DNA of 64,000 nucleotides from a virus (lineage: Duplodnaviria > Heunggongvirae > Uroviricota > Caudoviricetes), in the IMG/VR virus record IMGVR_UViG_3300043464_001836, positions 32,002 to 96,001 of that record. One strand, given 5' to 3'. Within the stretch, counting starts at the first letter, position 1, and the number at the start of each line of letters is the position of its first letter. Under the pieces are notes generated by a model. The model did no database searches, was not told the origin of the DNA, and was given only the letters and a program-made list of their open reading frames with translations. Shown here piece by piece: positions 27,525-36,985 of the stretch. The position numbers and the translations under genes are program-made.

Positions 27525-29420
27525 TTTTATTCCTTAACTGAATACTTAGGCTAGATAGTGAGTTAAGCACTATCAGGGGAGCTACCCTTTTCGCCTTAAT
27601 TGGATGCGGCCGAGCGTACCGCCCGCTCTCCCTTTTGGGATATGAGCCCAAAGTCTGACTATCAGAAGCCGCAATTAATTCTACTAAGTAAAGCCCCTTA
27701 TACTTACTAGCTACGGGATAGTGACCGTACTATTACGTTATAAGTGTTGCCGGTACGCCTATCAACCGGCAGTTGCGCAGATATTCCTAATGTGGTTAAT
27801 TACGCCTATAGGATTATCATAAGCTTTGCTTTACTTAGTAAAACTGGGTAATGAGATGAAGTTTGTAACAGACTCAGTATAAACCTAGGATAAGTTTAGG
27901 GTCCTAGAACTGACATTTATACTGTACTAGTACTTGGTCTACTAGCTGACTACAACATTGGATAACCGTTGAGGTTATCCATCTCTTTATCATATAGAAG
28001 TAGCTGTTACACACGCAGCACTACCCATACGGTCGTTACGGCTAGAATCTTGGGATATTTAGAATTATCAAGATTAGCCTAGAGTCGACCGTTTCATGGC
28101 ATTTCAGCCAATCGTCAGTAGGTTTGTTTGTCCGATTAATACTGGTTTCATATCGGGAGGTTGCTAGTACACCAGTCCTATACCTAGTCATTATAAGGGT
28201 GTGCGTCAGACTAGGAGTTGAGCACAACAATCTCTAAATTTCAGTCTAGCTTTGAGGTACTAGAACAGACGCGCGGTATTAATTCGCCTAGAGTACTCAC
28301 GCGTTACCTCTAGGTAGAGGATAGGTGCTAAGGATACCAACCCTTAGTCTTTCATAATGTTATTGCACAAAGTGGGTTTACACCTATTTAGAAGTACCTG
28401 CTATTAAGACTTCCTAGCTTCCTCTGCCTGCAAAGCATTTCCACTAGTAGTTTCTTAAAATACGCCATACATTCAGTGATCCCGTACCCTCACGCTTGCA
28501 GACATAAGGTGTCCCGTACCAGTATATAGTCTTTGGTCGTACTGCAAATACTTCTAAATAATACTCTTTTCGTGAGTAACTCGCACTTCGTAACCGAGAA
28601 GTGTAGCAGCCTAGGTATATGGATTCTTTCCCTAGAGTCACTAGATTAACATTTCTGCTAATTGCCACACAGCGGAGCCTACTAATAATTTCGGACGCTC
28701 TGTACTAGTGTCTTAAAAGCTAGGGTGGCTGCGCTTGGCATAAACCCAGAAGGGTTTGTTCCTTTTAACACTAACCAGGGTTAGTGCCCTAACTCAGAAA
28801 TAATATTATACGACCTTAATCAAAGAATTTCAAGTTCAAAATCAGGAAAGTCTGCTTCAGTTTCTTGAGGAATAAAGCCTCGTTCAATCATGTCAAAGTA
28901 AACTACATCGTGCATATCAGCCGGAACAGAGAATTCGCCGAAAGACATTTTGTTATTCCTTCATCAAGTTAGAAAAGATATTTTACAGCACTTAAGACTT
29001 TGAAGCAACATCAAATTTCTGAACCGTAACAACCAGGAAGTTGCATCCCTTCGTTTCAGTAGCCGTTTACTCCGTCTTGCTTAGGACAGTGATTACAATT
29101 CAGAATTGATATTTTACAGTGTTTAACTTACTAGAACAACATCAGAATTTAGCGGTTGGCCCAGAGTTCCGCTTCACGCAAAAGACCTGCATCAACCAGC
29201 TCCCAATATCGACGATCAAACATGTTGAACTCCTTAATTCATTTCAGAAAAGATATTTTACAGCGTTTGACTTATTAGAACAACGTCAAAATTCTCAAGT
29301 TAGATGCCTAGCATGAAAGAGTAATACCACGGGACCTTTGACAATGGCACAGGATATTAGAGCTTACTAGTGTCGCCTTTGTATGTCAACTCAGGCTTTG
29401 ACGGTCTCTAGGAGATTTGT

Positions 29421-29568
29421 CATCTAACTTTAGAATCCCAGTTATTCGATCTGGGAACGCTTACTCGCTCAGGCTTTCGCGTGGAGCAGTAATTCATCTA
29501 ACTTTAGAATCCCAGTTATTCGATCTGGGAACGCTTACTCGCTCAGGCTTTCGCGTGGAGCAGTAATT
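29421..29568. repeat. Perfect tandem duplication, 2 x 74 bp
   Basis: Unit CATCTAACTTTAGAATCCCAGTTATTCGATCTGGGAACGC... occurs twice head to tail. It is followed by the class-B promoter cassette. Confidence 0.8.
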
Positions 29569-29634
29569 CATTTCAGAAAAGATATTTTACAGCGTTTGAC
29601 TTGTTACAACAACGTCAAAATTCTAAACTAGGGA

Positions 29635-29707
29635 TGGAGCGGGTATGGGAGATCGAATCCCATCTACACGGCGTGGAAGGCCGGCGACTCTCCATGAGCT
29701 TACCCGC
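29635..29707 (-). tRNA. tRNA-Gly (UCC)
   Basis: Acceptor GCGGGTA/TACCCGC, anticodon loop CTTCCAC, T-arm TGGGA-TTCGATC-TCCCA, encoded CCA. Confidence 0.6.
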
Positions 29708-29748
29708 TTTGTTACTTTTGTAAAGGTAGTTTACAGCGTTTGATATGC

Positions 29749-30429
29749 TTAATCGACTTCAAATTTGTTACCCTTACTTAAGTTCTCACTAGCAGGTAAA
29801 TGTTGTAGGTTGAATTCGCAGTGTAAACCACATACTAGCTTACCTTGTAGGGGTACTATGTGATCTACATGGTACCCCGGAGGGCATGTTTGGTAAATTT
29901 CTTTTATAGTTACCAAGTTTGCCCACTTTGGGGTGGCTTTCAGTTTGGTAGCTCTGTATTTTGCTTTCTTTGCAAAATACATATATTTATGTATATAATA
30001 GTGATTTCTACTAGAAATATTTAGTATGGTTTTGTTTATTTTGTAATAAATCTTATGTCTACTAGAGTCGCACTCTTTACATATAGTATGCACTTTATAG
30101 TTTACATCTCGTATATTACGAGAGTAATAGCTCAAAGGCTTAACTTCTACGCATTTTGTGCAGACTCTATAACCAACAGTGTATAATAACCAAGCTCTAT
30201 AACTTTTTATAATTTTTGGCTTACTAAGGAAGATTTTATCCCTGAAACCTTTGAATCCACCATCACCTAACCTAGAGTACCCTAATTCTTTTGCTAAGTT
30301 GGAGTTGTCTTCATTTATAAGAGCTTCTATTAGACGTGCTTTATCTATGTTCTTTGTATTTCTAGGTATCGGTACACCTAATTTATCTATAGCTACGCTT
30401 AGTAGCTCTCTTACTGTATCTTCATTCAT
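29749..30429 (-). CDS. HNH homing endonuclease (family 1 paralog)
   Basis: Shared HNH module. The conserved leader lies upstream. Confidence 0.8.
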   Translation of the reverse strand: MNEDTVRELLSVAIDKLGVPIPRNTKNIDKARLIEALINEDNSNLAKELGYSRLGDGGFKGFRDKIFLSKPKIIKSYRAWLLYTVGYRVCTKCVEVKPLSYYSRNIRDVNYKVHTICKECDSSRHKIYYKINKTILNISSRNHYYIHKYMYFAKKAKYRATKLKATPKWANLVTIKEIYQTCPPGYHVDHIVPLQGKLVCGLHCEFNLQHLPASENLSKGNKFEVD

Positions 30430-30541
30430 ATTACACCCCCTCCAGGGCTAAAGCATAGGCTAGATTATGGAGGTAATCAGAGGAGCAACCCTTTTTCGCC
30501 TATAATTGTAGAAAGCTGCTATACCAGCAACTTTCTGAATG

Positions 30542-30617
30542 CTCCGTATTAGAGAATCGAACTCTACTATCCAGTGGTTAACAGCCACGCCCATGCGCCT
30601 TGCTCGGGTTCTACGGA
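30542..30617 (-). tRNA. tRNA-Asn (GUU)
   Basis: Acceptor TCCGTAG/ATACGGA (6/7 pairs), anticodon stem GTGG/CCAC, loop CTGTTAA, T-arm TAGAG-TTCGATT-CTCTA. Confidence 0.55.
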
Positions 30618-30626
30618 ATTGATCTT

Positions 30627-31052
30627 TTAATCTACCTTAGGTTCAACAAACTGAAACTCACGTCCAGGCTTCGTAATTAGGGCTAGCTTATTACGAATCT
30701 TATCTTCTAGAATAGGGTCAGCGAAACCAAAGTCATCTTGAATGCTCATATCAACGATGGGCTTATCCAAGTCAAAGTCTGCTAGCAAACCTTCAACTAC
30801 GTCGGCTACTAACACGTCAGCACAGAGAATTAAGTCTGCCCACTCTAGATGCACTTGGTCGATAGGGATTAGTGCAAAGTCAGCAGTAGAGCCAACTGCA
30901 CGAGGATTTACATTATCAAAGTCACGGGTGAGCACTCGTGCCATCGTAGGGCTGCGAAGCAAGCCCGCAGAACAGACGCAAAGAACTCGTACAGAGTCAC
31001 CTTGAAACCGATTGTGACAATTTCCTAGACGATTACGGGTTACGTTAGACAT
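30627..31052 (-). CDS. Low-molecular-weight protein-tyrosine-phosphatase/ArsC-like protein
   Basis: N-terminal P-loop VLCVCSAGLLRS (C-x5-R-S), with conserved Asp residues downstream. Confidence 0.45.
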   Translation of the reverse strand: MSNVTRNRLGNCHNRFQGDSVRVLCVCSAGLLRSPTMARVLTRDFDNVNPRAVGSTADFALIPIDQVHLEWADLILCADVLVADVVEGLLADFDLDKPIVDMSIQDDFGFADPILEDKIRNKLALITKPGREFQFVEPKVD

Positions 31053-31071
31053 TTTGTTTCCTTAAAGTATT

Positions 31072-31146
31072 TGGAGCCGTATGAGAATTCTGAGATCTCG
31101 ACCTGCTGCTTACAAGGCAGCTGCTCTGCCACTGAGCTAATACGGC
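31072..31146 (-). tRNA. tRNA-Thr (UGU)
   Basis: Acceptor GCCGTAT/ATACGGC, canonical D-arm GCTC-AGTGGCA-GAGC, anticodon stem GCTGC/GCAGC, loop CTTGTAA, atypical T-loop CTCAGAA, encoded CCA. Confidence 0.6.
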
Positions 31147-31206
31147 GGTATATTTTGGCTGAATTCTCAACCGAAAGAAGAATTATACGCTACAACTAAA
31201 TGAAAA

Positions 31207-31407
31207 TCAAGCCTGATTTTTCTTTACCCAAGCCTTATAAACGCGCAGAGCCTCAGCATCCAAACTGGCCGCAACGCGGAACTGGTCTTTGCCTACCTTG
31301 TCGTAATGGTCACAAGCAAGGCAGTACAAGTCAGCATAGGTTTCCTCACCAAGAGGAAGGAAGCGATAAGCGTACGCATCAATCAGAAACTCTCTAGTGT
31401 ATGCCAT
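31207..31407 (-). CDS. hypothetical protein
   Basis: ORF. Confidence 0.35.
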   Translation of the reverse strand: MAYTREFLIDAYAYRFLPLGEETYADLYCLACDHYDKVGKDQFRVAASLDAEALRVYKAWVKKNQA

Positions 31408-31467
31408 AGTGTTCTCCAGTTCAGAAAAGATATTTTACGTCAATTGGAGCACTATGGCAACACTAAA

Positions 31468-31608
31468 TTATTGGGATTTAATCACTTGCGTAGTTTGTTG
31501 AGCTGACTCTAACTTGTTAAACGCAGGTGCTACAATAGCTACTAGAATACCTAGAATAGCTATTACGATAATAAGTTCAATTAGTGTGAAACCATTAGCG
31601 ACCGACAT
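31468..31608 (-). CDS. Type IV prepilin-like peptide (46 aa)
   Basis: MSVANGFTLIELIIVIAILGILVAIVAPAF: class III signal (G|FTLIEL with Glu at +5) followed by a hydrophobic helix. Not in the ORF track. Confidence 0.45.
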   Translation of the reverse strand: MSVANGFTLIELIIVIAILGILVAIVAPAFNKLESAQQTTQVIKSQ

Positions 31609-32404
31609 TTACTAGTGCTCCAGTGTTAGAAGGCATAACTACGGTATGAGTACCTTGACCAGCGAACTTAGCTTGCGCTTCAATCGCTTTAATCTGTACC
31701 AGATTGCCAGTAAGAGACTCAGCAATTAGACGGTTAGAGGTTGCTTCACCTTGAGCTTCTACAATCTTTCGAGCAGCCTCAGCCTCTGCTAGTTTTAGTT
31801 CTAGCTGTTTGGCCTCAATCTGCTTCTGCATTTGCACAGAGGCCTGAATGCTCTTTTCTAGTGCAGGGTCGGTTAGTAGCTGACGTACTACTGCACGAGT
31901 AACCGTATAGACACCCGGGTCACTCTTGTTCAGGTCATCTTGAATTTTCTTGGTAATTGCAGACTCTAGTTCATCACGCTTAGAGTGAATAGTTAGAGAG
32001 TCGAAGTCAGCAGCAGTACTATAAATAGCACCACGGGTGATACGCTCTACTAGAAAATAGCCAGACGCCCAGACGCCGGAATCTAGCTGACCGGCCATGC
32101 CTTGGTATTTAATACGCTGTTCAGCAATTTGACCAGGAGCAACCTTATAAAAGACACTAACGTCTAGGTCTTGTAAGGAAAGGTTATCCTTAGCTTTAGG
32201 ACGCATGTCGTTCATCTGAAGTTCTACTTCCTTGGTAGTGAATTCATCTACGCTAGTAAGGAAGGCACCATACCAGCCAGGGTTGACTTCAGTACTTTCA
32301 ATGGCTTTGTTAAAGTCGGTACGTACACCTACGTTACCAGTTTCAATACGACCACAGCCGATTAGGGTGGATGCTACTGCGATTGCTAGAATTAGTTTTT
32401 TCAT
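31595..32404 (-). CDS. SPFH/band-7 (stomatin/prohibitin-like) lipoprotein
   Basis: Signal peptide with lipobox LIGC, SPFH core and a coiled-coil C-terminus (AEAEAARKIVEAQGEA). Confidence 0.65.
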   Translation of the reverse strand: MKKLILAIAVASTLIGCGRIETGNVGVRTDFNKAIESTEVNPGWYGAFLTSVDEFTTKEVELQMNDMRPKAKDNLSLQDLDVSVFYKVAPGQIAEQRIKYQGMAGQLDSGVWASGYFLVERITRGAIYSTAADFDSLTIHSKRDELESAITKKIQDDLNKSDPGVYTVTRAVVRQLLTDPALEKSIQASVQMQKQIEAKQLELKLAEAEAARKIVEAQGEATSNRLIAESLTGNLVQIKAIEAQAKFAGQGTHTVVMPSNTGALVNVGR

Positions 32405-32587
32405 TTAGATTCCTGAGATATTGTTAATGAGCATTACGATGGAAATAAGTACACCAGCAATAACTGCTGAGTACGCTACGGATTTTAATAGGCGAGTTGA
32501 CCATTTACGGTCGGCTTTTTCTGCTGTACGCCACATATGTACAGCTGCTCCTGAAAGGAGCCATACTAGGATGAATTTTGCAATCAT
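32405..32587 (-). CDS. small two-helix membrane protein (possible NfeD-like partner of the SPFH protein)
   Basis: Sixty aa with two hydrophobic segments, immediately upstream of the SPFH gene. Confidence 0.4.
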   Translation of the reverse strand: MIAKFILVWLLSGAAVHMWRTAEKADRKWSTRLLKSVAYSAVIAGVLISIVMLINNISGI

Positions 32588-32590
32588 AAA

Positions 32591-32920
32591 TTAACCAAAA
32601 GAAGTATAACCAAAAGAAAGAATTTCGCGCTTTAGTGCTAGAATATTGGAAGCTGACTCTTCGTCTGCATAATTGGACACTAGACCAATAAGGTCTACCC
32701 TGTCATCTATCCATAGATCATCAGCTACTTGGAAAAGATTACGGCTAGGAGCCATAAGAGTATGGTTGATATAAACTCCACTATTAACCGCGAGCTCAAA
32801 GTCGGCCCAGCGTACGTCTACATTAATAAGAGCATCCGCAAAGTATCTTTTCAACTCTTTTTGAGTATTCTCTCGCTCGACTGCTAATGCTTGAATATAA
32901 GATTTCATGGCTTTCTCCAT
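32591..32920 (-). CDS. hypothetical protein
   Basis: ORF. Confidence 0.4.
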   Translation of the reverse strand: MEKAMKSYIQALAVERENTQKELKRYFADALINVDVRWADFELAVNSGVYINHTLMAPSRNLFQVADDLWIDDRVDLIGLVSNYADEESASNILALKREILSFGYTSFG

Positions 32921-33104
32921 TTCAGAAAAGATATTTTACAGTTTCTTAGGTTCTCTATCAACCACAAAATTCCGGTATTGAATGTCTTCAATTACCCACC
33001 ACTTTTCATCATCAGAGAAGTTAAGCCAAGCAGCAATTTCACCAGTTGTACGAAGACAGCTAATGCAGTAGCCTTCCACTAACGTACATTTATTAATACA
33101 AGGG

Positions 33105-33740
33105 CTATTTATCATCGTTCCACATTAAGAATAGAGCGTTACAAATTACGTGCGCTAGGTGCGATTTCTGCGATTCGGGGTCTTCTTTCTCCCCAGACAC
33201 ATATGATACAATGTGTCTAAGAATAGCCTTCTCATAGCGGTCACGTTCTACTTTCTGCCAATTATCTCTAGAGTACTTAGTAGCTCCGAACTCTAGTACT
33301 TCTACTACTGGTTCTAGCTGCTTCCAAGGAATTAAAGTCCAATCTAGCTTACCGGAGTCGTGCTTTACTCCTTTTTTCACACTAGCCAACTTAGTTAAAA
33401 CCGTATCATCTAGCACAGGTAACGTATTGTCTATAGTAGGTAAGCTACTAATATCGTCTGGCAATTCATAATTTGCTTTTGGAGTATTAGTGACTGCTTG
33501 TACACTAGATGGAATCCTGCCTGTAATAATTCCTGGGTAGGGGTTTGTAATAGTTAAAGGTGAAATTTTAGTAGTAAACGAAGATTTTGCTACTGTTGAC
33601 TCTACTAATTCCTTAAAGTTACTGCCATTAGTACAGGTAGAACATACTGTACTAGCACTAGTAAACAAGTAACAATACTCGCAACCACGATTTTTAGGCT
33701 GCTGCATACAAGCTCCTTTCATCAAAATGAATATTCTCAA
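33105..33740 (-). CDS. hypothetical protein with an N-terminal Cys cluster and a C-terminal nucleotide-pyrophosphohydrolase-like (MazG/DUF550-like) segment
   Basis: CEYCY...CSTC zinc-ribbon-like N-terminus. C-terminal LEFGATKYSRDNWQK...SHLAHVICNALFLMW resembles phage NTP-PPase domains (weak). Confidence 0.35.
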   Translation of the reverse strand: MRIFILMKGACMQQPKNRGCEYCYLFTSASTVCSTCTNGSNFKELVESTVAKSSFTTKISPLTITNPYPGIITGRIPSSVQAVTNTPKANYELPDDISSLPTIDNTLPVLDDTVLTKLASVKKGVKHDSGKLDWTLIPWKQLEPVVEVLEFGATKYSRDNWQKVERDRYEKAILRHIVSYVSGEKEDPESQKSHLAHVICNALFLMWNDDK

Positions 33741-34443
33741 AACCGTAACCCCTAGGATTACAAATAAACTTAGTTCCTAGGTACTCTTCACAGTAGCTAT
33801 CATGAGTATGACCAAATAGCCAAATTTTAGGTACCCTGTAGATTACATCTAGTAGCTCTGCTGCATTAGAACTAAACATGCAGTTCTCCACTATATGCTT
33901 ATACTTAGGGTGGGTAAACTTACGACTAGGAACAAAGTGAGTTACTAGGATATCAAAGTCATTACTAGAAATCCAATCCATTGTATCTCTATATTCTTGC
34001 ATCCAGGAGTCAGTAGTCATACATTTAATATAACGTATGTCGTTTGTATAATCCTTTCCTAGAATAACTGAAACAGGGTTACCTTCATCCATGCTAGACC
34101 ATAGAGTAGCTCCCCCAATTCTTACACCTTCAATGTCTACCCACTCTTTCTCAAGAATATATACATTCTCGTTTACTAGCATGTCTAGACTTTCAGACGC
34201 TACACGCCAATCATGGAAACCCCAATAGTCATGGTTTCCTAGAACAGCTACTACATGCTTGAATCGCTTGGACATTTCATTTAGCCAGTCGGCAGTATTA
34301 ATAATACTACGGCCTGTCCAAATATCCCCAGCAACGATTAGAGTAGTTTCGGAGTCTTCATCTAGACGCTTTGGGGTCCATAATGGTTTTCGATTAGCAT
34401 AGTCAAAGTCTAGATGTAAATCACTAAATATACGATATTTCAT
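33694..34443 (-). CDS. Metallophosphoesterase (calcineurin-like)
   Basis: Motifs DLHLD, GDIW and GNHD. Confidence 0.7.
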   Translation of the reverse strand: MKYRIFSDLHLDFDYANRKPLWTPKRLDEDSETTLIVAGDIWTGRSIINTADWLNEMSKRFKHVVAVLGNHDYWGFHDWRVASESLDMLVNENVYILEKEWVDIEGVRIGGATLWSSMDEGNPVSVILGKDYTNDIRYIKCMTTDSWMQEYRDTMDWISSNDFDILVTHFVPSRKFTHPKYKHIVENCMFSSNAAELLDVIYRVPKIWLFGHTHDSYCEEYLGTKFICNPRGYGFENIHFDERSLYAAA

Positions 34444-34873
34444 ATTTTTCCTTAACAGGGTGAAAGGTATCTACAAGCAGCTTGCCAGCCACTCACAAAT
34501 ACTTTATATTGTAAGTCCCAAAACTCTTGATATTTCATAAATTTGGGGTCTACAGGTCTGGGCCCATATATCTTCTCAAAAGCTGAAAGAGCAGGGCTTA
34601 CCAAATTTGATTCGTTCATATAACCTCACTAGAATAATTTGTGGGTACAACAGGGTTAGCACTACATAAGCAAATACCTTATATAGCGTAGGATTGTATA
34701 GATAATTCATAGGTTTTCTCCATATTGAAATGATATTATACGCGTGCGTACCGTGTACTTCAAGCCTGAATTTATGTGGTTAGGCGCAGGGAGTAGCGAG
34801 AAGAGACATAAAATTTTACACTTACTTTTACACTAAAAACGCACTATAATATCCTTTCTGAAATTACTTAAAG

Positions 34874-35020
34874 GCCAAACAAATGAAAAACTGGCAGCTT
34901 TTCGCTATTATTACTACTATCTATAACGCGGCTTTTCAGGTAGCTGCAGAAATAAACCCTCTTGTTATCTTTAGCCTTGCTACAGTATTCGCTATTTTTA
35001 CTTTCTATACTGCACATAAA
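34874..35020 (+). CDS. small membrane peptide (48 aa)
   Basis: MKNWQLFAIITTIYNAAFQVAAEINPLVIFSLATVFAIF... between two copies of a TATAAT-containing promoter repeat. Confidence 0.3.
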
Positions 35021-35099
35021 GACGTGTAAAATTTTACACTTGTTTTTACACTAAAAACGCACTATAATATCTTTCTTAACTCAATAAAGGACTAAACGA

Positions 35100-36068
35100 A
35101 TGGCATTTATCAAATTCCCCAAAATCGGGCAGTTCCGCGATGTTATTACCCACGTGCGCAAGCAGGCCCAGTTCGTTGGCATTGACGCCGAAGGTAATGT
35201 TATCGTAGACCGTACTCGCAAGGCTCCCACTCTCAAATTCAAAGGTACTGTGAAATTGCATGGTACCAACGCTGCTGTTGTGCGTAATGCTGATGGCACT
35301 ATCCACTTCCAATCTCGTGAACGTATTATCACTCCTACTAGTGATAACGCCGGTTTTGCTATTTGGGCTTCTACTGTTGACTGGAACTTCTTCTTCTTCT
35401 CACTATTCAATCCTGATAGCGAGGTAGCTATCTTCGGTGAATGGTGTGGTGGCAATATCCAGCAAGGTATTGCTCTTAACCAGCTAACCAAGCGCTTTGT
35501 TATCTTCAAAGTTATGGTTGATGGTGTTTGGCAGAAGTTCACCCTAGATGTTGCTCAAGACTTTGGCATCTACAACATCAACAGCTTCCCTAGCTTTGAA
35601 GCTGAGATCGACTTCGAAAATCCGGGTGTTGTTCAAAATATCCTTATTGCTATTACTGAGCAGGTTGAGGCTGAATGTCCTGTAGGTAAAGCTTTCGGTG
35701 TTACTGGTATTGGTGAAGGTGTTGTATGGACTTGCGAGAGTGATCCTACTCTAGTCTTTAAGGTTAAGGGTGAAAAGCACTCTGCATCCAAGGTTAAGGT
35801 CTTGGCTAGTGTAGACACCGAGAAGGCTGCTTCTTTGCAGGAATTCGTTGAAAACTCTGTAACTGAAAACCGCCTCAACCAGGGCCTAGAAAATATTGAT
35901 GAACTAGACGTTAAGTGCACTGGTCAGTTCTTGAAGTGGGTAGTTAATGACGTTCTAGTTGAGGAAGCAGATGTTATCGTTGCTTCTCTGCTAGAAACCA
36001 AAGAAGTTAATCGTGAAGTATCTAAAGCTGCTAAAGTCTGGTTCATGGAGAAACTGAAAAATGCATGA
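35100..36068 (+). CDS. RNA ligase, Rnl2-like nucleotidyltransferase
   Basis: Motif I KLHGTNA (compare T4 Rnl2 KIHGTN), motif III IFGEWCGG, motif IV GEGVVW, motif V LVFKVKGEKH. Confidence 0.6.
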   Translation: MAFIKFPKIGQFRDVITHVRKQAQFVGIDAEGNVIVDRTRKAPTLKFKGTVKLHGTNAAVVRNADGTIHFQSRERIITPTSDNAGFAIWASTVDWNFFFFSLFNPDSEVAIFGEWCGGNIQQGIALNQLTKRFVIFKVMVDGVWQKFTLDVAQDFGIYNINSFPSFEAEIDFENPGVVQNILIAITEQVEAECPVGKAFGVTGIGEGVVWTCESDPTLVFKVKGEKHSASKVKVLASVDTEKAASLQEFVENSVTENRLNQGLENIDELDVKCTGQFLKWVVNDVLVEEADVIVASLLETKEVNREVSKAAKVWFMEKLKNA

Positions 36069-36384
36069 TTTAGAGATTCTAGGGAAGACCTTATCTAACC
36101 GCTTTAGGGTTAACCTAGAGTTTTCTAAACATGCTGTAGAGCGCTACCGAGAACGAAAATTATCTACGGATACTAGTGCTAAACTTCTAAGTATGGCACT
36201 AGGTTCTAGGCTGTGTGAGATTCTCTACCTATTAAACATCGATAAATCAGTATGTGTATCCAATCCCAGTATAAGTATTGTACTGCGCGGTACTGGCCGA
36301 CTTATTAAGGTTACTACAGTTACTAAGTCACACCACTTAAAGTGTGACGAGTTTCTACACTATATGGAGTTGAAAAATGCATGA
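36061..36384 (+). CDS. hypothetical protein
   Basis: ATGA overlap with the upstream gene. Confidence 0.4.
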   Translation: MHDLEILGKTLSNRFRVNLEFSKHAVERYRERKLSTDTSAKLLSMALGSRLCEILYLLNIDKSVCVSNPSISIVLRGTGRLIKVTTVTKSHHLKCDEFLHYMELKNA

Positions 36385-36574
36385 CTTAGAAGTAGCAAAT
36401 CTTCAAGATGAAGTTGAGCGCCTTACTATGGAGAATATATTACTAAACCGCAGGATTAGTGAGCTAACTGAAAAGAATACTCAAGTAAGTCTAGAGCTAC
36501 AGTCACTAGTATCTTTCATAGATGGTTATGTGCTAGCTAGTAGGGCTATCATCCCAAGTAAGATTTTTAATTAA
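36377..36574 (+). CDS. hypothetical coiled-coil protein
   Basis: ORF. Confidence 0.35.
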   Translation: MHDLEVANLQDEVERLTMENILLNRRISELTEKNTQVSLELQSLVSFIDGYVLASRAIIPSKIFN

Positions 36575-36716
36575 CTGTAACTCATAGGAGAATATAATGT
36601 ATAACCCAGACGATACGCCGCTAGCTGGTGGACTATTAGACTTGCAACATGAGTTGGAAAAGCTACGAGAGTTTGTAACTATTCTAAAAACATAAAATAG
36701 AATTCTTAGGGACGCT

Positions 36717-36929
36717 ATGAAAGAGACTAGAAAGTTCAAGCTAGGTGAACCCGTAGCAGACGAAGACGGGGATATCTTCTTCGTTTGTCATACTAACTAT
36801 CAAGGAGACCCAGATACCTACCTAGTAGGTAATTTAGTTAACGGTTCTCTGCAGCATAAAGCATACGCACACGTGTCAGAGCTTCATCGGCCAAAGCCCA
36901 AGGAATGGCGGAAGTACCTATATCTTTGA
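36717..36929 (+). CDS. hypothetical protein
   Basis: ORF. Confidence 0.35.
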   Translation: MKETRKFKLGEPVADEDGDIFFVCHTNYQGDPDTYLVGNLVNGSLQHKAYAHVSELHRPKPKEWRKYLYL

Positions 36930-36985
36930 TGTTGCTTGTCGTCGCTAAGTTCTGTATAATTCTTTTATTGATTAGGAGAACTTAG

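Noticed and set aside
35076-35920. Minus-strand ORFs antisense to the Rnl2-like ligase gene
   Set aside because: They are shadow ORFs. The plus-strand gene has clear nucleotidyltransferase motifs and promoter/RBS context.
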